Assembly: GCA_963758295.1 (NCBI GenBank)
Contig: CAVWUU010000001.1
Location: 512,001-576,000, forward strand
Reading direction: 5' to 3'
DNA length: 64,000 nucleotides
DNA from: Candidatus Eremiobacteria bacterium
Lineage (GTDB): Bacteria; Vulcanimicrobiota; Vulcanimicrobiia; Vulcanimicrobiales; Vulcanimicrobiaceae
The notes under the pieces are model-generated. The model did not search any database and had not been told where the DNA came from. It saw nothing but the letters and a program-made list of their open reading frames with translations. Below, piece by piece: positions 1 to 12,455 of the stretch. Position numbers and translations under genes: made by a program. Within the stretch, counting starts at the first letter, position 1, and each line of letters starts with the position of its first letter.

Positions 1-1387
<1,387 letters not shown>

Positions 1388-1391
<4 letters not shown>

Positions 1392-2681
1392 GAATTTTCT
1401 TTCACCTCCGCGGTAGCGAGGACTTTATGGCAACACTCGCCGATGCGCTGAAGCGCTTCGTCGAGGTCGGCGTCGTCGATTACGAGGGGTACCAAGGCTC
1501 GTATGACGTTGCCCGCACCGGCGGGCATGAGTAAAACGCCGCGCTCGCGCGCTTCCGCGATGATGCGCGCGACGTCCAGAGTTCGATCCGCGTTAAACTC
1601 GATGCCGATCATGGCTCCAAGTCCGCGGACTTCTGCAATCGCTTGGGGATAACGCGTGGCGAGATCGTTGAATTGCGCGCGAATGCGTTCGCCGACGGCA
1701 TTTGCTCGATGCGAGCATCTCGTCCAGGGCTTCGATACTCGCGATAGCCGCCGCGCATGCGACCGGATTGCCGGCATAAGTGCCGCCCAAACCGCCCGGA
1801 GCCGGAGCATCCATGATCTCGGCTTTGCCGACAACCGCAGCGAGCGGCATTCCGCCCGCTAAAGATTTGGCAACCGTAATGATGTCGGGCTCGATGCCCG
1901 AGTGTTCGACCGCAAAGCGTTTTCCGGTTCGTCCGAATCCGCTTTGTATTTCATCGCAGATCAGCACGATGCCATGCCGGTCGCATAACGAGCGCAGCGC
2001 CTTCATGAACTCAACGGGTGCGGGAATAAAACCGCCTTCGCCGAGCACCGGCTCGACGATGATGGCTGCAATTCGCTCGGGCGCGACCGTGCTTGAAAAA
2101 ATTTCATCGAGCGCTTCGAGCGCGCGTCGCGTTGTCCAGCCGTGCAATGCGTGCGGAAACGGCGCGTGATAGATCTCGCTGCAGAACGGCCCGAAGTTTT
2201 GCTTGTACGGAACGTTCTTGCCGGTCATCGAGAGCGCCAGCAACGTTCGACCGTGATAGCCGTGCTGAAATGCCAGAACCGCGGGACGGCCGGTATACGC
2301 ACGCGCGATTTTAACGGCGTTTTCGGTTGCTTCCGATCCGGTCGAGAGCAGGAGCGTTTTTTTGGCCGACGGCCCGGGCGCGATGCGATTGAGCGCCTCG
2401 GCAACTTCAACGTACGGCTCATATGACGTCACTTGGAAACACAGGTGCGTGTAGAGTCCCGCCTGGTGGCGAATCGCTTCGACGACGGCGGGATTGGCGT
2501 GGCCTAAGTTCATCACGCCGATGCCGCCCACGAAATCGAGATACTCCCGGCCGTCGGCATCCCAGACGCGCGCTCCCGAAGCGCGGGCGATCGAAATGGG
2601 ATGGACGCACGAAACGCCGCGGGGAACGGCTTCCGCGCGACGGCGCGCCATTTCCGAATTCAGAGAGCTGATCGCCTGCAT
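1388..2681 (-). CDS. gabT: 4-aminobutyrate--2-oxoglutarate transaminase, frameshifted near 1710
   Basis: YLDFVGGIGVMNLGH, TGSEATENAVKIAR, EPVLGEGGF, DEIQSGFGRTG, GGLGGTYAGNP in ORF 1593..2972; C-terminus (EVRGLGAMIGIEF) in ORF 1388..1834. ATG at 2681. Confidence 0.9.
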
Positions 2682-2716
2682 ACCTTTAGCGTACCGCGGC
2701 GGAAGGGCGCGCTCCA

Positions 2717-2763
2717 CGGTCGGCGTCACCAAATTTTGGCGGAATGTTGGTGCGCGGGCACAA
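2717..2763. promoter_or_regulatory. Tandem candidate PucR-family operator boxes between gabT and the regulator
   Basis: CGGT-N8-CCAA (2717) and TGGT-N8-ACAA (2748), 31 bp apart; same arrangement at 4385/4417 and 13876/13908. Confidence 0.55.
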
Positions 2764-2774
2764 ACCAGCCGGGC

Positions 2775-4380
2775 ATGAACCTCACGGATGTGCTGGCCCT
2801 GCCTTCGATGACCGAGGCGACGCTGGTCGCGGGAATGGAAGGGACGGGCCGCCAGGTCCTCTGGTCTCACGTGGTCGACATGCCGGACCCGGTGCCTTGG
2901 ATGCGGACGGGGTTTCTTCTGCTTACGACCGGCTACAGCTGGCCCGAGAGCGAGAGCAAGCAGCGCCGGCAAATCGCGGACCTAGCAATGGCGGGCGTGG
3001 CCGCCGTCATCATGGCGGTCCCCAAATACCGCGAACATTTTTCGCCGGCGGCGCGAGCACAGGCCGACGCCTCAAAGCTCCCGTTGATCGAGATTCCGTT
3101 CGAAGTGCCGTTCGCGCAAATCATGGAAGAGCTTCACCGCGCCGTGATGATCGAGCCGTACGCGATCATCGAACGCTCGGAACAAATTCACCGCGCATTA
3201 ACGCGGGCGGCTACGCGCAATGCGACGCTCGACGATCTCGCGCAGGAACTCAGTTCGCTCATCGAACGCTCTATCACGTTCGAAGATCCCGACGGAAAAC
3301 TGCTTGCATCTGCCACGCTTGACGACGAGCTCGACGAAATCCGGCGCGAAACGCTCGCGTCGCGGGAAAAGCCCGCTCGCGACGATGGGCACGCTCGAAC
3401 GTACGGGTTTGAACCGCCGCATTCGCGCAACGGAAAAGCCGCTGCGCATTGCCGCGATGCCGGAAATCGGCTTGGCGGCGCGTGTAGCGTGTCCGATTCG
3501 CGTTGGATCGGAACTCGTTGGCGTCGTGTGGATCATCGAAGGGAAGACCCGCTTATCGGAGCTCGACCATCGCGCGGCGGAGCACGCGGCACTCGTCGCG
3601 GCGATTCATATCGCGCATCAGCGCGCGCTAACGGAAACGCAGGCGCGCCTCGGGTACGCGTCGTTTTTATCGTTGCTCGAAAGCGAGCCCGGACGGGAAC
3701 CGATCGCCGACGAACGCGTTCGTCTCCTAGGCTTCGATCCGAACGCGAATTACCGGGTAGGTATCGTTTCGATCCCGCAACCGCTTCCACTCGATGCCGA
3801 AGGTATGGAAAAGCGCGACGCCGTTGCAGCCGCCGTGCGCAATGCGTTGCGCAAAGCCGGACGCGAAGCGCTCGTAACGGTGTCGCTGAATCTCGTGCCG
3901 TTTTTGCTTCCCGCTTCCGTCAAGGCCGAAGTGATTCGCGATGCGCTCAACGATGCATCGCTTTCGATCGTCCTCGGGCGGGAACACCATGGCGCAGCCG
4001 GTGCCCGCACAAGTTACCGTGAGGCGTTGTCGCTGCTCAGTTACCGCGATCGTCCGGCGCTTTCAACGTACGACGATCTGCTTGTTCCGCGCGTCATCAT
4101 GGGCGACGCGTCGGCGCGCGACACCTTTCTGGAGGGATTCTTCCGGCCGTTGCGGGAGCGCAAGAACGGTAAGGAGTTGGCGAAGGCGTTGTTGGCGCTG
4201 GCTCGCCACGGTTTCCGGTTTCGTCAGGCAGCCGAGGCGCTCAACATCCATCCGAACACGCTGCGTTACCGCCTAGACCGCGTCAGCGAGGTTCTGTCGA
4301 TCGACTTAGCTGACGCCGACGTGCAATTCCGGCTGCAGTTGGCGGCGCGTTTGCTCGACGCGAGCAGCCGCGAATGGTAA
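2775..4380 (+). CDS. PucR/CdaR-family transcriptional regulator, frameshifted near 3370
   Basis: N-terminal PucR ligand domain (WSHVVDMPDPVPWMRTGFLLLTTG), GAF-like middle, C-terminal HTH (AAEALNIHPNTLRYRL). Split over ORFs 2601..4022 and 3220..4380. Confidence 0.88.
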
Positions 4381-4384
4381 GGTT

Positions 4385-4432
4385 CTGTATTTGTGTACCA
4401 GAAAGCAGCGTCAGTTTTGTCGGCGCGTACAT
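4385..4432. promoter_or_regulatory. Tandem candidate PucR-family operator boxes upstream of the TBDR
   Basis: CTGT-N8-ACCA (4385) and TTGT-N8-ACAT (4417), 32 bp apart, followed by a TAGACT -10-like hexamer near 4455. Confidence 0.5.
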
Positions 4433-4506
4433 AGCCTAGAGCACAGCGGCCCAGTAGACTAGCGAGAGAACGCATAGTGCATCACTACGTCCAAGAGCGA
4501 GGTTCA

Positions 4507-7500
4507 ATGCAGGCTTTCAAGCGCATCCTCATCCCTACTCTTGCTTTAGCGATGGTGTGGCTATCGCAACCGGTGCCCGCTTCAGCTTCGAACGTGGGAA
4601 GCGCGCGCGGACGCGTGGTGGACTCGGTAACGCATGCGCCGCTCGCCGGTGCAACGGTGACCGCGACCGCCCCTTCGCAGCAGGCGCGAACCGTGACGGA
4701 CAATTCCGGATCTTTCGCTTTCATCTCGCTCGCCCCCGACGCGTATGTCGTTCAAGTTGAAAAAGAAGGCTACGATCCCGCGGCACAGTCCGGCATCGTC
4801 GTGTTCGCCGACCAATCGTCGAACGTCAACGTTCAGCTCGTTAAAACGCTCAGGACCATCGCGCGGGTCACTTCGCGAGGTGCCGCCGATCTCGTTCGTT
4901 CCGGTACGACGAGCGACGTTTATTCGGTTAGCGGTGCCGGTCAAGGCGCCACTAACAATCTTGCCGGATCGGGGTCCTTGAATCAGGCGTATGGCGCAAT
5001 TGCAAGCGCACCCGGCGTGAACGTTCCCTCTAACCAGCAGGGCTGGTATCAAAGCGTCTACATTCGCGGCGGGGACTTCGACCAAGTCGCGTACGAGTTC
5101 GACGGCTTGCCGCTTACGCGCCAATCCGATTTAGCGCCAATCGCAACGCTTACAAATCTCGGAAATCAAGAAGTTCAGGTGTACACCGGCGGAACGCCGG
5201 CTACCTCAAATTCGTCGGGGCTCGCCGGCTACATCAACCAGGTGATCAAGACCGGCACCTACCCGGGGTACATGGACGCGCAGTTGGGTGTCGGCTCGCC
5301 GACGTTCTACCATTCCGCCACTATCGAAGCATCGGGCGCATCGCCGGACCGCCGTTTTAGCTACTACGTCGGCTTTTCGGGCAGCAATCAAAACTACCGG
5401 TACGCGGATCAGTTCAACGGTGCCGGAAATCCGCTGTATTTTTATCCCCTGGACATTCCAACGTCGAACTCGACGTTTGAGATTCTGGACGGAACGGGCG
5501 GCACGGCGGCAAACGCGTATGGCGCGGCGTTCGCACCAGGAAACAGCTACGGGCAAGCAACGAACTTCGATCGTGAAAATATCCTCAATTTTCACTGGGC
5601 GATTCCGCACAAAAATTCGCCGCTTCGCGACGACATTCAAGCGCTCTACGTAACCGGCGGCATCAACACGCAGTTTTACAGCGCGCCCGAAGAGTTAGGA
5701 CTCGACGGAGTCAATCAGGCGCTGCAAAACCAGGACGGTTTGTCGGGACTGCCGGTGCCGTTCCTTACGTCGACATACTACAACGGCGCGCTGATGCAGG
5801 CGCCGGATCAAAGTCTCTTGGTCAACGGCCCGTATCCGAGCCAGCCAAACGGCAAAGACTTCGTCGATAACAACGAACGCGACGGTTCGTTCAACGGCTA
5901 TTCGATCGAAAAGCTTCAGTACCAGAAAAATATCAACGATCATTCGTATTTGCGGCTTCTCGGCTATGGCGAATGGTCGGACTGGTTCATCAACGCGCCA
6001 ACGAGCGCGCAGCTGACGTTTGGCGCCGAACTCGCGGACTATGAGGTCAAGGACAACACGTTCGGCGGCGGTTTGACGTATGCGAACCAGCTTTCGCCCA
6101 AGCATCTGATCACCGCGCAAGCGTCATATATGACGCAGAAGCTCCAAACGTACAACGCGATGTTCAGCTCCACGGATCCGAGCACGACCGATTTACCGGC
6201 AACGGGCCTCGGAACGGTCCTCTCCAATTACGTCGATAATGCGGGCAATTGTTACAACTATGTCACCGGACAGGCGTGGAGCTGTTTCGATGCGGGAAGC
6301 GAGGGTGGTGCGCAGCCCGACGGGTCGATCAACCTTTCACCGGGAACGGCGCCCGGCGGAACGCCCGCGGCATCGAATGGCGCCCATTGGCTTGTAACCG
6401 AGAACGGTTACAGCGCGCAAGTCGATAACGTGCAGCCGTTCTTCACGTCGTATTCGCTGACCGATTTGTGGCAGCCGAACGATAAGGTAACGGTGAACGT
6501 CGGCGCTCGCTTCGACCACTTCACGTATAACACGAAGGACCTCTCCAACGGCTATCCCGCGCGCCAGTTTTGGTTCAATGCCTATAACCGAGAGCATTGC
6601 GGTGCTGCGGGCCAGTCGCCGGTTTGGTCTTGGGATCCCACGATCAATGGGTTCGATCCGTGCAGCACCTTCGGCGCGGATTACACGTCGATGAGTGCGC
6701 CCGGAAACGGGCTTTACAATACGGGCGCGGGATTCAAGTGGCCAACGTTTTTCAGCCGCGCATCTCGGGTACCTGGGCGCTGAATCCCGACACGGTCCTT
6801 CGCGGATCGTACGGCCGGTACGCTCGCGCCGAAGCTTCATCGTATTATCAGTACAATACCGTTCAGCAGAACTTGCCGTCGTTTCTTTCGCAGTTCTACT
6901 CGTATGGCTATCACACGCCGGTGCACGATATTTTCCCCGACACGTCGGACAACTACGACCTTTCGCTAGAGAAGCATTTGCATGGGACCGACATGTCGTT
7001 CAAGATCTCGCCGTTCTACCGCAGCACGCGCAATCAGATCCAGTACCTCTCGATTAGCGCACTTGGCGGCACGCTGGCCGGTTTGAACGTGGGGACGCAG
7101 CGCTCGTCGGGCGTCGAGTTCGCATTCCAAAAAGGCGATTTCGCTCGCGATGGCTTGGCATTCTCGCTCGCCTACACGCATACCGACAGTAAAATCAAAT
7201 ACCGTCCGATCAACGGACACAGCGTCGTCGACAGCTTAAACAACGAAATCGCGCAATACAACTCGTACACATACCAATGCGCGCAGCGACGAGTCGAAAC
7301 CGCAATGCGGCGGCGGCCAGTACGCGTCGAATGGAAACGCGGCCTTCGATAACACCGGTGGCGGCGGACCGAACAACGTTCCGAATCCGTACTATTGCCC
7401 GACCGTCAGCGCATCATGCCCGTATTCAGCGCAGCCGCTTCTCGACCCGAACGGAGATTATGCGCCGTACGACGTCATCCCGACCCCGTTCAACGCGGCG

Positions 7501-8068
7501 AACGGCTACGAAACGCCCGACGTCATCTCGCTTGTGCTGAATTACAAGCGCCACCGCTTCTCGGTCACGCCGTCGTTGCGCTGGAATAGCGGTTCGGATT
7601 ACGGATCGCCGGTGCAGTGGCCGGGGTACGTTCCGCAAGCCTGCACGGCGTTGCCCAGCGATACGCCTACGACGCCGGGCATCAGTTGCGGGGCAGGCGG
7701 CGCAATCTTCTTACCCGATCCCTACAACGGCAATCGCTTTGACAATCTGGGAGCGTTCCGGCAGCCGTCGCAGTTCAACACTCAATTTGCAGGCTAGTTA
7801 CGATGTGTCGCCGCGCGCTACGTTGACGGTCTCCGCGCTGAACTTAATAAACAAGTGCTATCAGCGCGGCTACGCATGGGATAATTCGACGACGTGCGTC
7901 TACTCGAGCTTGCCGTCGAACATCTTGGCGCCCGCAGGAAACTTCTTGACCAATCCGCCGGTGCAGGTGGCGTATCCATACGGCACGTTTTTCAACATCA
8001 CGGAAGTCGGCACGACGTCGGTGATCCAGCCGTTCAATCTGTTCGTCAACTTGAACGTAAAGATTTAA
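4507..8068 (+). CDS. TonB-dependent receptor with N-terminal carboxypeptidase-regulatory-like domain (several frameshifts)
   Basis: Signal peptide, GRVVDSVTHAPLAGATVT domain, plug motif (YIRGG..QVAYEFDG), beta-barrel-like segments continuing through ORFs 6597..7352, 7534..7797 and 7739..8068, ending FVNLNVKI. Confidence 0.85.
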
Positions 8069-9648
8069 TGGCGCGAAGTCCACTCTTGAACGCGTTGCAG
8101 CGCCGTTCGCGCGCGGAGTTTCTTCGCGCGGGCGGCGCCGTGGTAGCCGGTGCCGTCTTCGGCCCGGTGTTGGACCTGGGAATCTCCGCGGCGCGCGGGC
8201 GCGAACGCGTTGCGGTGATCGGCGCCGGCATAGCGGGTCTTTCTTGCGCGCTCACATTACGCGACGCGGGCATTGAAGCGACGATTTACGAGTCGTCCAA
8301 CCGAGTCGGTGGGCGCATGCACTCGGAAATGTCGTACTGGGAGAACGGCCAGCATACCGAGTGGTGCGGCGCCATGATCGATTCCGACCATCGCACGATG
8401 CGCGCGCTCGCGAAGCGTTTCAATCTGCCGCTTGACGATGCTTTGGCGCCGCTTCAGGCGCACGCGCGCGACACCGCGTTCGTGCACGGCGGCTACTATG
8501 CCATGACGCAGGCCGACCGCGATTTCGCCCCGGTCTTCCGGACGTTGCAGACGCAGCTTTCACAAATTGGTGAAACGACGACCTACGATTCGGCAACGTC
8601 CGAGGCGCGGCGTCTCGATGCCATAAGCATGGCGCAGTGGATCGACCGTTACGTTCCAGGCGGGCGCAAATCGAAATTCGGCACCCTGATAGACGACGCG
8701 CTGATGAACGAATACGGGGTCGATTCAAACGAGCAAAGCGCGCTGAATCTCGTGTACATGCTCGGGGTGCAGCATCGCTTCGACCGCCACGGCGGCGAAC
8801 TCAACGTTCTCGGCTACTCCGACCAGCGTTTCAACATTCGCGGCGGGAATCAGCGTTTGCCGCTCGCTATCGCATCATCGCTTCCGAAGGGAAGCATCGC
8901 GGTGAATCACCGGTTAGCATCGATCGGCAAGCGCGCGAACGGGGCATATTCCTTGCGGTTTACGACCCCTAACCGAAGCGTTACCGAGACCTACGATCGC
9001 GTCGTCCTCGCTATTCCATTTATCACGCTTCGGGGCGTCGACTATGGCAGCGCGGGCTTTGATTCGCGCAAAACGACGGCGATCGAGCAGCTGGGTTACG
9101 GCATTCACACGAAACTTCATATGCAGTTCGACAGCAAGCCTTGGTACGGCAAAGGTCCGTGGGAGCATCCCGCTACCGGCCAAATTTGGACGGATATCGG
9201 CTTTCAGAACTCGATCGACTTCTCGCTCGGTCAAAGCGGACCAAACGGCATCATCGAGCGCTTCACAGCGGGTACCGGAAGCCTTATGGACGCGCCGCCG
9301 ATTGCGTACGCGCGCATCGATCAATCCGACGCGGTCAAACGGCACGTCGAGCAATTCTTTGAAGAGCTGGAACGAATTTGGCCCGGCGTGAAAAGGCACT
9401 GGAACGGAAAGGCTACGTTCGGCAACGCGCAGGTCGACCCAAATATTCAAGCCTCGTACTCATGCTGGCTTGTCGGACAGTACACCAAGTTTGCCGGCTA
9501 CGAACGAGTCCGGCAAGGCCGCATCCATTTTGCGGGGGAGCACTGCTCGACTGAAAATCAAGGCTTTATGGAAGGCGCGGCCGAGACCGGCGTTGCCGCT
9601 GCGAAAGAAATTCTTGCAGACTACAACCTTCGGGCCAAAGCCGGATGA
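8068..9648 (+). CDS. Flavin monoamine/polyamine oxidase family protein with Tat-like N-terminus
   Basis: VAVIGAGIAGL FAD motif, RVGGR, C-terminal IHFAGEH...GFMEGAAETG. ATG overlaps the TBDR stop (TAATG). Confidence 0.88.
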   Translation: MARSPLLNALQRRSRAEFLRAGGAVVAGAVFGPVLDLGISAARGRERVAVIGAGIAGLSCALTLRDAGIEATIYESSNRVGGRMHSEMSYWENGQHTEWCGAMIDSDHRTMRALAKRFNLPLDDALAPLQAHARDTAFVHGGYYAMTQADRDFAPVFRTLQTQLSQIGETTTYDSATSEARRLDAISMAQWIDRYVPGGRKSKFGTLIDDALMNEYGVDSNEQSALNLVYMLGVQHRFDRHGGELNVLGYSDQRFNIRGGNQRLPLAIASSLPKGSIAVNHRLASIGKRANGAYSLRFTTPNRSVTETYDRVVLAIPFITLRGVDYGSAGFDSRKTTAIEQLGYGIHTKLHMQFDSKPWYGKGPWEHPATGQIWTDIGFQNSIDFSLGQSGPNGIIERFTAGTGSLMDAPPIAYARIDQSDAVKRHVEQFFEELERIWPGVKRHWNGKATFGNAQVDPNIQASYSCWLVGQYTKFAGYERVRQGRIHFAGEHCSTENQGFMEGAAETGVAAAKEILADYNLRAKAG

Positions 9649-9651
9649 CGC

Positions 9652-11151
9652 TTAAAGCGTGGGCATGACGAAGTGGCGATCGGCGGCCGCGGTGGAAGAC
9701 CACCGGGCCGTCGTCGTTTTCAACCGCGTGTAGAACCGTACGCCTTCCGGTCCATGAATGTGATAGTCGCCGAAAAGCGAGTTTTTCCATCCGCCGAAAC
9801 TATGGAACGCCATCGGGACCGGAATGGGCACGTTGATTCCGACCATTCCGGCCGTAACGTTGCGTTCGAAATACCGCGCCGCGCTTCCGTCGCGCGTAAA
9901 AATAGACGCTCCGTTGCCGAATTCGTGCCCGGCAATTAGCCGGAGCGCCTCGTCGAGCGTGTCTACGCGGACTACACAAAGAACGGGCCCGAAGATTTCC
10001 TCGCGGTAAACGCGCATATCCGGCGTTACGTTATCCAGCAACGTCGCTCCGAGGAAGAAGCCTTCGGGTGGGACGGCGGCATCGCGGCCGTCGACGACGA
10101 CGGTTGCGCCCTCGGTCGCCGCAAGATCGATGTACGAAGCGACGCGCTCGCGATGTTCTTGAGTAACCAGCGGCCCCATATCGACGCCGCTTCGGTCACT
10201 CGCGCCGAGGCGCAGTTTGCCGATGCGATTGCGTAACCGTTTCACCAAATGTTCGGCGACGGTGTCGCCCACCGCCACGGCAACGGAAATGGCCATGCAA
10301 CGTTCGCCGGCAGAGCCAAACGCCGCACCGACAAGAGCTTCAACCGTGTCGCCCGGATCGGCATCGGCCATCACTACAAGGTGGTTTTTCGCCCCGCCGA
10401 GAGCCTGCACGCGCTTGCCGTGCGCGCTTGCCGTTTCGAAAACGTGGCGCGCTACGGGCGTCGAGCCCACAAAGCTTACGGCGGAGATCGCCCCATGCCC
10501 GATCAACGCGTCAACCGTCTGCGAGTCGCCGTTGACGACGTTGAAAGCCCCCGGCGGTAAGCCGGCTGCCTCCAGCAAAGCCGCCATCTCCAATGCGAGC
10601 GACGGGTCTTTTTCGCTGGGCTTCAAGACAAACGTATTCCCACACGCCAATGCGACCGGAAACATCCACATCGGAACCATCGCCGGAAAGTTGAACGGCG
10701 TGATGCCGGCGCAAACGCCTATCGGGACGCGGTAGGAATAAGCATCGATGTCACGGCCAACCTCGTTGCTGAATTCGCCTTTAAGCAATTGCGGGATGCC
10801 GCAGGCGAACTCGACGACGTCTAAGCCGCGCGCGATTTCGGCCTTAGCGTCCTCGAACGTCTTTCCGTGCTCGGAGCTCACGATGCGCGCGAGCCGGTCG
10901 AGATTCGCTAGCATTCGTTCCCGAAACTCGTAAAGGACGACGGCGCGGCGATGCGGCGGCGTTTGCGACCAGGCCGAAAATGCACGCGCCGCTGCCGAAA
11001 CCGCAGCGTCCACTTCAGAGGCATCCGCCAGCGCGACGCGGCTCTGCACGTTGCCGGTCGACGGATTCCAAACCGGCGCGAGGCGTTCTCCCGCGGAACG
11101 GTGCGTTCCACCGATATGGTGGCCGAGAATTTGCGGGAGCGTTTGCATCAA
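9652..11151 (-). CDS. mmsA: CoA-acylating (methyl)malonate-semialdehyde dehydrogenase
   Basis: ITPFNFPAMVPMW, GGAKNH, FGSAGERCMA, EIFGPVL, GMVGINVPIPVP. Confidence 0.92.
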   Translation of the reverse strand: MMQTLPQILGHHIGGTHRSAGERLAPVWNPSTGNVQSRVALADASEVDAAVSAAARAFSAWSQTPPHRRAVVLYEFRERMLANLDRLARIVSSEHGKTFEDAKAEIARGLDVVEFACGIPQLLKGEFSNEVGRDIDAYSYRVPIGVCAGITPFNFPAMVPMWMFPVALACGNTFVLKPSEKDPSLALEMAALLEAAGLPPGAFNVVNGDSQTVDALIGHGAISAVSFVGSTPVARHVFETASAHGKRVQALGGAKNHLVVMADADPGDTVEALVGAAFGSAGERCMAISVAVAVGDTVAEHLVKRLRNRIGKLRLGASDRSGVDMGPLVTQEHRERVASYIDLAATEGATVVVDGRDAAVPPEGFFLGATLLDNVTPDMRVYREEIFGPVLCVVRVDTLDEALRLIAGHEFGNGASIFTRDGSAARYFERNVTAGMVGINVPIPVPMAFHSFGGWKNSLFGDYHIHGPEGVRFYTRLKTTTARWSSTAAADRHFVMPTL

Positions 11152-12455
11152 GCCTCCAGTGCTTCGGCGAGCGCGTCGATACCGTCGCGAAGTTCCTCGC
11201 GTTCGATCGTGAGGGGCGGCGTTATCAGCATGACGTTGTAGCGGCCGAACGCGTAAACACCGCGCTCACGCATAGCCGCCAAGATCTTGGGAAGGGGGCC
11301 GGCGTCGCGGCCTTGCCAGGGCACTACCGGCTCTTTCGTCTGTCGATCTTTCACTAGCTCGATGGCAAAGAATGCGCCGATGCCCCGAACGTCACCGACC
11401 ATCGAGACGCGTTGCTGCACGAGAGAGAGGTCTTCGCTCAACCATTGTTCGATCGTTTGCGCGCGATTGAAGAGCGTCAGCCGCTCGTACTCGTCGAGCG
11501 CCGCATTAGCTGCGGCCATCGCGAGCGGATGACCGGAGAATGTGTGTCCACACGGTAACGCCACCGTATCGAATGTCTGCGCCAGCGATTCGCGAACGAT
11601 AACGCCTCCCAACGGAACGTACGCCGACGTGACGGCTTTCGCAAACGTGATCATGTCGGGCATGACTCCGAACCTCTGCGCGGCAAAAGGTGCGCCCGTC
11701 CGTCCGAATCCGCTCATAACTTCGTCGAAAATCAGCGCGATGGAGTGGCGCGTACATAGCTCGCGGAGCCCTTCGAGGTAACCCGCGGGATAAACGATAG
11801 CGCCGTTTGTTCCAACGACGGGTTCGATGAGGATCGCTGCGACGCGCGCCGGATCTTCATAGGTCAAAACCAGCTCGAGGTGTTCGAGGGCCCGCTGCGT
11901 TTCAATGGCCGGATCGTCGGTGTAAAACGGACTGCGATACGGATAAGGCGCGAAGAATCGCGCAACACCCGGAATGCCGGGCTCGTTCGGCCAGCGGCGG
12001 CTTTCACCGGTAAGCGTTCCCGCGCCCGGCGCCGATCCGTGAAACGAGCGATATGCCGTAAGAATTTTCGGGCGTCCCGTAATCGTGCGCGCGATTTTCA
12101 CGGCGTCTTCATTGGCCTCGCCGCCGCCGGTGGTGAAGAACGTCCGAGCGCCTTCGTCCCAGGGCGAGAGCGCAGAAAGCCGTTCGGCGAGCAGCGACCG
12201 GCCATCGTTCGGGAATTGCGGCGTCGCATAGCAAAGGCGCCGTGCTTGCTCCGCAATAGCATCGGCAACGCGAGCGTTTCCGTGTCCAAGATTCACCGCC
12301 ACGAGCCCGGCGGAAAGATCGAGATAGCGTTTTCCGGCAGTGTCGTACAGATAGACGCCTTCACCGCGTTCTATCGCCGGCACATTATGGGAGCCCTGAA
12401 CGGCCCACGGCGTCAAAACGAACCGCGTCGAACGTTGCGTTGCTGTAGAACTCAT
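11148..12455 (-). CDS. Class III aminotransferase, probably omega-amino acid (beta-alanine/taurine):pyruvate type
   Basis: YLDLSAGLVAVNLGH, TTGGGEANEDA, DEVMSGFGRTG, GHTFSGHPL. Coupled to mmsA; start MSSTATQ at 12455. Confidence 0.8.
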   Translation of the reverse strand: MSSTATQRSTRFVLTPWAVQGSHNVPAIERGEGVYLYDTAGKRYLDLSAGLVAVNLGHGNARVADAIAEQARRLCYATPQFPNDGRSLLAERLSALSPWDEGARTFFTTGGGEANEDAVKIARTITGRPKILTAYRSFHGSAPGAGTLTGESRRWPNEPGIPGVARFFAPYPYRSPFYTDDPAIETQRALEHLELVLTYEDPARVAAILIEPVVGTNGAIVYPAGYLEGLRELCTRHSIALIFDEVMSGFGRTGAPFAAQRFGVMPDMITFAKAVTSAYVPLGGVIVRESLAQTFDTVALPCGHTFSGHPLAMAAANAALDEYERLTLFNRAQTIEQWLSEDLSLVQQRVSMVGDVRGIGAFFAIELVKDRQTKEPVVPWQGRDAGPLPKILAAMRERGVYAFGRYNVMLITPPLTIEREELRDGIDALAEALEA

